Assembly: GCA_046758965.1 (NCBI GenBank)
Contig: JBHIBG010000090.1
Location: 1 to 10,818 of the forward strand
DNA: 10,818 bases
Direction of reading: 5' to 3'
Origin: Candidatus Methylomirabilia bacterium
GTDB taxonomy: Bacteria; Methylomirabilota; Methylomirabilia; Rokubacteriales; CSP1-6
The position numbers were made by a program, and so were the translations under genes. Under the pieces are notes generated by a model. It made no database searches. It was not told where the DNA came from and worked only from the letters and a program-made list of their open reading frames with translations. The first letter of the stretch is position 1. Every line of letters begins with the position of its first letter. Shown here piece after piece: positions 1 through 6,476 of the stretch.

Positions 1-1
1 C

Positions 2-667
2 CAAGTCTGGCGGGACACGGAGACGCTCTGGCGATATGCCATCGAAGTCAACCCCACCTGCTCCTGGTGCCGCGTCCAGCTGGGGGTCTTCTTGTTAGGC
101 GCCCGCGACGCCGGGGGACCGGCGATTGAGCAGCTGGAACAGGCGCTCGCCCTCAGGCCCGACCGGGTAGCGTACCACCGGCACATAGGCCTGGCGCTGG
201 TCAGAACCGGCCGGCCGCAGGAGGCGATCGCTCACTTCCGGTTGGTGCTCGACCGATACCCCGACAACGTCAAGATCAACGTTGAGGTCGGGAATGACCT
301 CGGGATGGCACTCATGGAGCTCGGACAACTGTACGAAGCGATCGAGCAGTTCCAGCAGGTGATCCGACGCGACCCGGCCTACGCCGGTGCCCTGACCAAC
401 CTCGGAATCGCGTTGGCCGCCCTCGGTAGGCCGGCTGAAGCCGTCCGCCACTTACTGCGGGCCGTCGAGCTGAATCCGGAAGCCGCGCTGCCCCGCTTCT
501 GGCTGGCATGCGCATCCTTGGCCGTGGGGGACTCGGCGCGCGCTCGGGAACAAAGTCGGATCCTCCGCCAGCTCGACCCGCGCCTGGCCGAGCGGCTCGA
601 GGCGGGCGAACTCACGAACTGTTTCCAGAGATTCCGGCAGAGCGGGGGCGCGCCTCTCCGCAGCTGA
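2..667 (+). CDS. Tetratricopeptide-repeat protein, C-terminal part (TMTC-like membrane glycosyltransferase/TPR family); 5' end lies outside the window
   Basis: The frame of the 92..667 ORF stays open back to position 2 (QVWRDTETLWRYAIEVNPTCSWCRVQLG). W-x-D-x3-LW-x2-A-x3-NP resembles the membrane-to-TPR junction of TMTC-like proteins. It is followed by roughly five TPR units (e.g. AIEQLEQALALRP, AIAHFRLVLDRYP, ALTNLGIALAALGRPAEAVRHLLRAVELNP). Stop TGA at 665-667. Confidence 0.85.
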   Translation, partial: QVWRDTETLWRYAIEVNPTCSWCRVQLGVFLLGARDAGGPAIEQLEQALALRPDRVAYHRHIGLALVRTGRPQEAIAHFRLVLDRYPDNVKINVEVGNDLGMALMELGQLYEAIEQFQQVIRRDPAYAGALTNLGIALAALGRPAEAVRHLLRAVELNPEAALPRFWLACASLAVGDSARAREQSRILRQLDPRLAERLEAGELTNCFQRFRQSGGAPLRS

Positions 668-777
668 ACGCTCCGCTCATGCTCGCGATCACCGGGGCTC
701 GAGCGCCACGGGTTCAGCCGATCCGAACGCTGGCCTCCAGATGCCGAAGCCAGCCAGGAAGAACCCCCAGGCCGCCC

Positions 778-3657
778 TCATGGCTCAAGTGGGACGAGCA
801 TCAGCTCGCTGCCCTCCATCTTCATCAGGTACGGCGCCCGGTCGCGCAGATACCTGATCAGCTCCTCGTCCTTGTCCGGGCCCAAGTCCCTTACGAAGAG
901 GACCCGGTCGCTCAGGTCGGGGGAGTTGTTCCGATGGGAGCGTACCCATGAACCGGTTGGCGCAGCGAATGCGGGGAGGCTTTGAACGAAGACGACGGCG
1001 TTGTCAAGGCCGCGCTCTCTGACCAGGTCGTAGGGCGCGCGGACGAGGGCCGACATGGCGCGGAGCGAGCTGGCGTAGATGGGCGCAAAGGCGATGGCGG
1101 CGCAGACAATCCCCCCGAGGACAGCGCCGAGGGCAAAGCGTTCGACACGGGGACGCCCGGTCTGGCCTCGGGCGCGCTCGACCAGCTGATCGATCCCGCT
1201 GGCCGAGAGCATCAGGAGCGGGGCCGCAAGCTCAGCATACTGGACCGGGCCTACGACGTCGATGCTGGGGCCGGCGGTGAGGGCGTACCCCAGGACCACG
1301 CCGGCCCCACCGAGGAGCATGCTCACCCCTTCGGCAGAGCGGCGGAAAAACGGCAGGAACACCAGGGACAGGGGCCATCCGAGCAGCCAGAAGTTCAGGC
1401 GCGCGATGGTCGAGCCCAGCTCGTAGATCTGCGGGAGCGGGAAGGGGGCGGGGAAGTACTCCGGGTGAGGCGTGAACGCGTAGTAGCTCCTCAGGAAGGG
1501 AGCGCCCGCCAGAACGATGTTGTAACCGGAGAAGATCGCCAGGGTCACCAACCCGACCGCGGCGAGGATCGCCCAGCCGCCAGAGCGCCGGTGCCCCTCC
1601 GCGCCTCGTGCGCGGAGCGCGAGCCAGACCAGCCATGGCAGCGTGAAAGCTGCAGCCGAAACCGGTCTCGTGAGCGCGGCCCACCCGAGAGCGACGCCCG
1701 CGGCCAGCCACCACCTGGCGGCTCCGGGCGCCTCGCGCGCTCGAAGCGCCGAGTAGACGAACGCGAGCAGCAGCAGCGCCACCGTCGAGTGAGGCAACAG
1801 AGTCGCAGAGGAGAAGAGGAAGAACGGCGAGAACGCGAGCAGCCCCACGGTGAGCAACGCGGTGCGCTGTCCGAAGATCCTTCGCGCAACGAGAAAGGCG
1901 AGCAGCGCCGTCAACGTTGCCGCGACGGTCGGCACCCACCGGAGGCCGTTGATCCACTGGCCGATGGCCAGTGCGGCAGCGTGGCCCGGGAAGAACATCC
2001 CGTACCACTTGCCGTTGTTGATCACAAAGGGATTGTCGAAGAACGGCCTCACGGCCTCGGGGAGGGATGGCAGATAGAACCGGCCCGCGGCGAGCGTCCG
2101 GGCCATGAAGGCGTAGGCGTTCTCGTCGTCCGTTACGGCGGTGTCCCGCAACAGAACGATTCGCACGAGCGTGATGAGGATGAAGATGGCGCCGGTCGCG
2201 CCGGTCGCGATGAGGGCCGTAGAGCGGGGCGAGAGCGCAGCAAGGCGGTCGAAGAGCGCGAGCAGCCTGTCGCCCGCCGCGAGGGCTACCGTGGCGCCCA
2301 GGCACCCGGCCGCGAGCGCGCCGAAGAAGAGGTAGTTGAGGAGGAAGACCCCCTCGGGGAGGGACCATCCCAGGCGGCCGTAGACGATCTGGTAGTTGAA
2401 GTAGACGAGTCCGCCCGTCATGAGAGCGGCGAGAGAGAAGGCCGCCGCGAGGCTGAGGACGAGCAGCCGAGCGCGCGGAGTCAGCGCCGCCATCCCGCCC
2501 CGAAAAAGCCTCTCGCCGATCTGTGTCAGCGCCCTGAGGGCCAGCCCGAACAGGAACAGCCATGTGAGCCACTTGAGGACAGAGCCCGCCGTTGTCCATA
2601 AGTGTTTCACCGGCACCTCCCACACGTTCGCGTAGCCCAGAGCGTCGCCTCCGCTCCAATGCAGATATGTCAGGTAGAGAAAGCTGCCGGCCAGGGCGGC
2701 GTACGCAGCGGACAGCCGAACCGAGACAAGCGCGAGGAACGGGACGAGCCAGGCCAGATACTGGACACCGAAGCCGGGCGTAAGCGCCAACAGGATGATG
2801 AACAGCTGCGTGAGCGAGCGGGCAGGATCGGCGCGTTCCGGGAGTGGCCGCGCCAGGATGTATCCCGCTGCCAATATGAGAGGCGCGAAGAGCATCCCCT
2901 CGAGCGCGAGCCGAGGCGCTTGCTGGTAGGATCCGTAGACAATCTCTGACAGTCCCCATGCGCCTTTCCATCCCGCATAGGGAAAGATCTGCTGGAGAAG
3001 ATCGACAGGGGTGGCGAGGAGGTGCGGGAGCCAGCCAATTCCGACAGTCGCCGCGGCCCAGAGACCGAATCGGAGTCTGTCGCGTCGGGAGCTCGGCCAC
3101 AAGAGCATAAACGGAAAGAGAATGATGGGCACGATCTTGACGTTGAGTGCCATTCCGTAGCAAAAGGCTGCCAGAGGAATGTGGCCACGATACAAGGCGA
3201 GGAGCGACGCGACGAGCAGGCTCAGGAACACCGGATCCGTGTTACCGTGAAATCCTGATACCAGGATGAGCACGGGGTTCAAGGCGATGAGTGCGCTCGA
3301 GATGAGCGCGCGTTTCGTCCCCCACTGGTCGGCGACCAGTTTCCAGACCAGAATGGTCGTGACAAAGTCTGCGGCAGAGGCTGGGAGGCGGATCAGCAGC
3401 GAGCAGCCGAGATGGGTCAGGTCCTGGATCGCCGGGAAGAGGGCCAGCGCCCACGCAACTGGGGGTGAGTGGTTGAACCGTAAACCCGGGACGCCGACCC
3501 ACTCCGTAACGGCGTAGATCTTGAGGATACCCTTCTGTTGAATGGCATCGACGAACGCGCACCAGGTCGTGACATCGTTTGTGCCCTCGGTGCTCTGTGC
3601 GAGTAGGATTCGGAGGAGAAGTCCGATCCCGGCAATGGCCCAAACCGCGGCAGTCAT
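778..3657 (-). CDS. Large polytopic membrane protein with two GT-C-type glycosyltransferase modules (N-terminal GT87/PIG-M-like; C-terminal ArnT/PMT-2-like)
   Basis: 959 aa with many hydrophobic helices. N half: GTND after helix 1, FNHSPP, NPVLILVSGFHGNTDP, NVKIVP, PGFGVQYLAW. C half: TDDENAY (DE motif), WYGMFFPG, SPFFLFSSATLLPH, LTRP, and a short soluble C-terminal domain (NNSPDLSDRVLFVRDLG). Stop TGA at 780-778. Confidence 0.82.
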   Translation of the reverse strand: MTAAVWAIAGIGLLLRILLAQSTEGTNDVTTWCAFVDAIQQKGILKIYAVTEWVGVPGLRFNHSPPVAWALALFPAIQDLTHLGCSLLIRLPASAADFVTTILVWKLVADQWGTKRALISSALIALNPVLILVSGFHGNTDPVFLSLLVASLLALYRGHIPLAAFCYGMALNVKIVPIILFPFMLLWPSSRRDRLRFGLWAAATVGIGWLPHLLATPVDLLQQIFPYAGWKGAWGLSEIVYGSYQQAPRLALEGMLFAPLILAAGYILARPLPERADPARSLTQLFIILLALTPGFGVQYLAWLVPFLALVSVRLSAAYAALAGSFLYLTYLHWSGGDALGYANVWEVPVKHLWTTAGSVLKWLTWLFLFGLALRALTQIGERLFRGGMAALTPRARLLVLSLAAAFSLAALMTGGLVYFNYQIVYGRLGWSLPEGVFLLNYLFFGALAAGCLGATVALAAGDRLLALFDRLAALSPRSTALIATGATGAIFILITLVRIVLLRDTAVTDDENAYAFMARTLAAGRFYLPSLPEAVRPFFDNPFVINNGKWYGMFFPGHAAALAIGQWINGLRWVPTVAATLTALLAFLVARRIFGQRTALLTVGLLAFSPFFLFSSATLLPHSTVALLLLAFVYSALRAREAPGAARWWLAAGVALGWAALTRPVSAAAFTLPWLVWLALRARGAEGHRRSGGWAILAAVGLVTLAIFSGYNIVLAGAPFLRSYYAFTPHPEYFPAPFPLPQIYELGSTIARLNFWLLGWPLSLVFLPFFRRSAEGVSMLLGGAGVVLGYALTAGPSIDVVGPVQYAELAAPLLMLSASGIDQLVERARGQTGRPRVERFALGAVLGGIVCAAIAFAPIYASSLRAMSALVRAPYDLVRERGLDNAVVFVQSLPAFAAPTGSWVRSHRNNSPDLSDRVLFVRDLGPDKDEELIRYLRDRAPYLMKMEGSELMLVPLEP

Positions 3658-3660
3658 GGG

Positions 3661-3816
3661 TTATGTCGGGAGAGCGGACCCCTTCGAGCTGCCACTGCTT
3701 CCGGATCGGGGCGTGCGGCGCCAGGCGTTAGCGTTGGCCAAGTTTCGGGGCGTCCCTGTCAGACTCTTCCAGCTGCCGCGGCAGGAGCGTACCCTCGTAC
3801 CTCTCGCGTCGAGCAT
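3661..3816 (-). other. Possible 51-aa upstream ORF, in frame with the GT-C gene
   Basis: On the - strand GGGAGG (3826-3821) lies 4 nt before ATG 3816. The ORF ends at TAA 3663-3661, one codon (CCC) before the GT ATG at 3657. No recognisable protein motif. Confidence 0.3.
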
Positions 3817-3830
3817 CGGGCCTCCCAACC

Positions 3831-3839
3831 AGGATAGCA
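3831..3839 (-). promoter_or_regulatory. Candidate extended -10 promoter (TG-C-TATCCT) for the GT-C gene
   Basis: The - strand reads GTGCTATCCT, matching TGnTAnnnT. No convincing -35 seen. Confidence 0.45.
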
Positions 3840-3964
3840 CGGGGGTGCGCATCCCTCGGCGTCGCCCAGTCGCCCTGTTGCGGGGTGTTTCTTCGCTCCG
3901 TGCCGAAGGCCGAGGCGCGCCGAAGCCGCTGGCGGCTGCACCGCCAGGGTCTTCCTATTGTGGC

Positions 3965-3994
3965 TTGACTTGAACTCTTTCGAGACCCTACAAT
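3965..3994 (+). promoter_or_regulatory. Sigma70-type promoter of the acyl-CoA dehydrogenase operon
   Basis: TTGACT (3965-3970), 18-nt spacer, TACAAT (3989-3994). Each hexamer is 5/6 consensus, in a locally AT-richer patch about 90 nt upstream of ATG 4085. Confidence 0.75.
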
Positions 3995-3997
3995 GAT

Positions 3998-4013
3998 CTG
4001 AACGGTCGTTCAG
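3998..4013. promoter_or_regulatory. Palindromic operator candidate CTGAACG-GT-CGTTCAG over the predicted transcription start
   Basis: Perfect 7-bp inverted repeat with a 2-nt spacer, beginning 3 nt after the -10 box. Size and position are typical of TetR-family repressor sites. Confidence 0.65.
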
Positions 4014-4074
4014 TCACCTCTGGCGTCTAATCTATCCGCTCTCGAGGGTGGCGGTGAGCTTTCGACCCCGAGAG

Positions 4075-4080
4075 AGGAGG
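4075..4080 (+). promoter_or_regulatory. Shine-Dalgarno AGGAGG
   Basis: GAGAGGAGG-GTGT-ATG(4085). Confidence 0.75.
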
Positions 4081-4084
4081 GTGT

Positions 4085-5281
4085 ATGGACTTCAAACTGA
4101 CCCCTGACCAGCAAGCCTTTCGGGACGAGATACGGGCGTGGATCGGCAAGAACCTCCCCCGGGAGTGGACCTCCCGGGCCGTGGCCGGTCCTGATGTGCC
4201 CCGCCCCGAGTTCTACGGCTTCCTTCGTCAGTGGCAGCGGAGCCTCTACGAGGCGGGCTTCCTCGGCCTGACCTGGCCCAAGGAGTACGGCGGTCGTGGC
4301 CTCACCTTCATGGAAGAGCTGATCCTCCACGAGGAGCTGGCCTTGGCCAAGGCGCCGCCGCTCCTGAACATCCTCGGGATCGGCATGGCGGGCCCCACCA
4401 TCATCGCCTACGGCACCGAGGATCAGAAGAAGCGCTACCTGGCCAAGATCCTCGGCTGCGAGGAGATCTGGTGTCAGGGGTACTCCGAGCCCAACGCGGG
4501 CTCGGACCTGGCCTCGCTCCAGACCCGGGCGGTGCCTGATGGGGATCATTTCATCATCAACGGGCAGAAGGTGTGGACGAGCGTGGCGCACGTGGCCGAC
4601 TGGATGATGCTCCTCGCCCGGACGGATTCGGACGCCCCCAGGCATAAGGGGATCACCTACTTCCTCCTCGACATGCACGCCCCGGGGGTCACGGTCCGGC
4701 CGCTCAGGCAGATGACGGGGGATGAGGAGTTCAACGAAGTGTTCTTCGAGAACGTCCGGGTGCCGGCGGAGAGCATCCTCGGCGGCCTGAACAACGGCTG
4801 GCAGGTGGGGATCACCACGCTCATGTACGAGCGCCTCGCCCTTGGCTTCGGCCTCCAGATGAGGTTGCGGATCGCCCTCGACGCGCTCATTGAGCTGGCC
4901 AGACGGACGAAGCGGAACGGGGGTACCGCGGCCGAGGATCCCGTCCTGCGCCAGCAGCTGGCTCAGCTCTGGATCGACACCGAAGCCTTCAGGTACACGG
5001 GGGCTCGTGCCATCACGAAGCTTCTCAAGGGTGAGCTGCCCGGCCCTGAAGCCTCGTCGGGGAAGATCTGGTGGTGCGAGACCCACCAGCGCCTCCAGGA
5101 GGTCGCCATGGAGATCCAGGGCCCGTACCACCAGCTCACCAGAGGCTCCGAGTGGACCATCGACCACGGGATCTGGCAGTACACCTTCGTCCGGTCTCGC
5201 GCCAACTCCGTCGAGGGCGGCACCACGGAGATCCAGCGCAACATCATCGGCGAGCGGGTGCTGGGGCTCCCGAAGGGATAA
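4085..5281 (+). CDS. Acyl-CoA dehydrogenase, predicted catalytic subunit (FadE26/FadE29/PimC-like)
   Basis: WCQGYSEPNAGSDLASL, INGQKVWTS, FNEVFFENVRVP, TTLMYER (Glu249 at the IVD/LCAD-type catalytic position), SVEGGTTEIQRNIIGERVLGLP. Strong SD. Confidence 0.96.
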   Translation: MDFKLTPDQQAFRDEIRAWIGKNLPREWTSRAVAGPDVPRPEFYGFLRQWQRSLYEAGFLGLTWPKEYGGRGLTFMEELILHEELALAKAPPLLNILGIGMAGPTIIAYGTEDQKKRYLAKILGCEEIWCQGYSEPNAGSDLASLQTRAVPDGDHFIINGQKVWTSVAHVADWMMLLARTDSDAPRHKGITYFLLDMHAPGVTVRPLRQMTGDEEFNEVFFENVRVPAESILGGLNNGWQVGITTLMYERLALGFGLQMRLRIALDALIELARRTKRNGGTAAEDPVLRQQLAQLWIDTEAFRYTGARAITKLLKGELPGPEASSGKIWWCETHQRLQEVAMEIQGPYHQLTRGSEWTIDHGIWQYTFVRSRANSVEGGTTEIQRNIIGERVLGLPKG

Positions 5282-5285
5282 TCGA

Positions 5286-5330
5286 CCGGTTCCGTCTCTC
5301 CTCAGGGGAGAGGACGCACCGGGTGGGGGC
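5286..5330. repeat. Intergenic stem-loop, REP-like
   Basis: CCGGT(5286-5290)/ACCGG(5318-5322), CGT/ACG and CTCTCC(5296-5301)/GGAGAG(5307-5312), followed by GGGTGGGGG. No U-tract. Confidence 0.5.
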
Positions 5331-5336
5331 GCACGA

Positions 5337-6476
5337 ATGGATTTCGGGTTCAGCCAAGAGCAGGAGATGCTCCGGACCACGGCGCGGAAGTTTCTGGAGA
5401 ACGAATGTCCCTCTAGCTTCGTCCGGAGGATGATGGATGATCCTGCCGGGACGAACCCCGAGTTCTGGCAGAAGCTGGCCGAGCAGGGCTGGCTCGGGCT
5501 GATCTACCCCGAGGCGTACGGCGGCGCCGAGCTCGGCTTCGTGGACTTGACAGTCCTCATGGAGGAGATGGGCCGGGCCGTCATGCCCGGGCCATATTTC
5601 TCGACCGTGCTGCTCGGGGGGCTCGCGATTCTCGAGGCCGGATCCGAGCAACAGAAACAGGAGTGGCTTTCCAAGATCTCCTCGGGCGAGGCGAGGGTGA
5701 CGCTCGCCTGGACCGAGCCCAACGCCCGATGGGACGCGCAGGGCATCACGCTCCCCGCCAGGCCTGCCGATCGCGGCTTCGTGCTTTCGGGAACCAAGCT
5801 CTTTGTCCACGACGCCCACTCCGCTGACGCCCTGGTCGTCGCGGCCCGGACAGCGGACGCCGAGCAGGCAGCGGAAGGGGTGAGCCTCTTCCTCGTGCCC
5901 AAGGGCGCCCGCGGCCTCGAGGTGAAGCTCCTCCCCACCATGGACCAGACCCGGAAGTTATGCGAGGTGACGCTGAAGGATGTCGAGGTGGGGAGCGACG
6001 CGCTGGTCGGGGAGAAGGACCGGGGCTGGCCTCCGCTGGCCCGGGTGATCGAACGTGCGACGGTGGTGCTGTGTGCGGAGATGTGCGGCGGGGCCCAGAA
6101 GGTCTTAGAAATGACGAATGAGTATGCCAAGATCCGCGTGACCTTCGGGAAACCGATCGGGAGCTACCAGGCGGTCAAGCACAGGCTGGCCGACATGCTG
6201 GTCGACGTGGAGAACGCCAAGTCTATTACCTACTACGCCGCGTGGGCCGTGGACGAGGGTGTCGCCGAGGCGCCATTGGCCGCCTCCATGGTCAAGGCCT
6301 ACGTCTCCGACGCCTATCGGAAGGTCTCCGCAGCCGGGATTCAGCTCCACGGGGGGATCGGTTTCACCTGGGAGCACGACATGCACCTCTACTTCAAGCG
6401 GGCGAAGGGCTCCGAGTTCACGTTCGGGGACGCTACCTACCACCGGGAGCTGGTGGCCCAGCTGATCAATCTTTGA
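5337..6476 (+). CDS. Acyl-CoA dehydrogenase, predicted non-catalytic partner subunit (FadE27/FadE28/PimD-like)
   Basis: Start reassigned to ATG 5337 (MDFGFSQEQEMLR, a typical ACAD N-terminus), giving 379 aa. Motifs EEMGR, GTKLFV, RVTFGKPIGSYQAVKH, QLHGGIGFTWEHDMHLYFKRA, EFTFGD. Confidence 0.95.
   Translation: MDFGFSQEQEMLRTTARKFLENECPSSFVRRMMDDPAGTNPEFWQKLAEQGWLGLIYPEAYGGAELGFVDLTVLMEEMGRAVMPGPYFSTVLLGGLAILEAGSEQQKQEWLSKISSGEARVTLAWTEPNARWDAQGITLPARPADRGFVLSGTKLFVHDAHSADALVVAARTADAEQAAEGVSLFLVPKGARGLEVKLLPTMDQTRKLCEVTLKDVEVGSDALVGEKDRGWPPLARVIERATVVLCAEMCGGAQKVLEMTNEYAKIRVTFGKPIGSYQAVKHRLADMLVDVENAKSITYYAAWAVDEGVAEAPLAASMVKAYVSDAYRKVSAAGIQLHGGIGFTWEHDMHLYFKRAKGSEFTFGDATYHRELVAQLINL

Noticed and set aside
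92..667. TTG at 92 as the start of the TPR protein
   Set aside because: The frame is open to the window edge with family-like sequence, so the gene is 5'-truncated.
668..777. Terminator between the convergent TPR and GT genes
   Set aside because: No strong hairpin with a U-tract on either strand.
982..2601. 539-aa + strand ORF
   Set aside because: Codon-aligned antisense shadow of the GC-rich GT gene; R/E/G-rich with no motifs.
1232..3163. 643-aa - strand alternative-frame ORF
   Set aside because: Lies inside the GT gene, has the R/G/P/A-rich composition of an off-frame GC-rich read, and shows no domain motifs.
3658..4084. tRNA, known riboswitch, CRISPR array or IS end in the long intergenic region
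   Set aside because: No cloverleaf, recognisable aptamer consensus, repeat-spacer periodicity or terminal inverted repeats seen. An Rfam scan would be needed to exclude rarer RNAs.
4890..5336. 149-aa N-terminal extension of ACAD-2, or an ACAD1-ACAD2 frameshift fusion
   Set aside because: The extension is an off-frame read of ACAD-1 (S/P/R-rich). ACAD-1 has a complete C-terminus and stop, ACAD-2 has a canonical start at 5337, and I see no slippery site.
4010..5380. 456-aa - strand ORF
   Set aside because: Antisense shadow of ACAD-1.
6242..6472. Upstream extension of the NUDIX ORF
   Set aside because: Overlaps ACAD-2 out of frame. Family similarity begins just after the coupled TTG at 6473.
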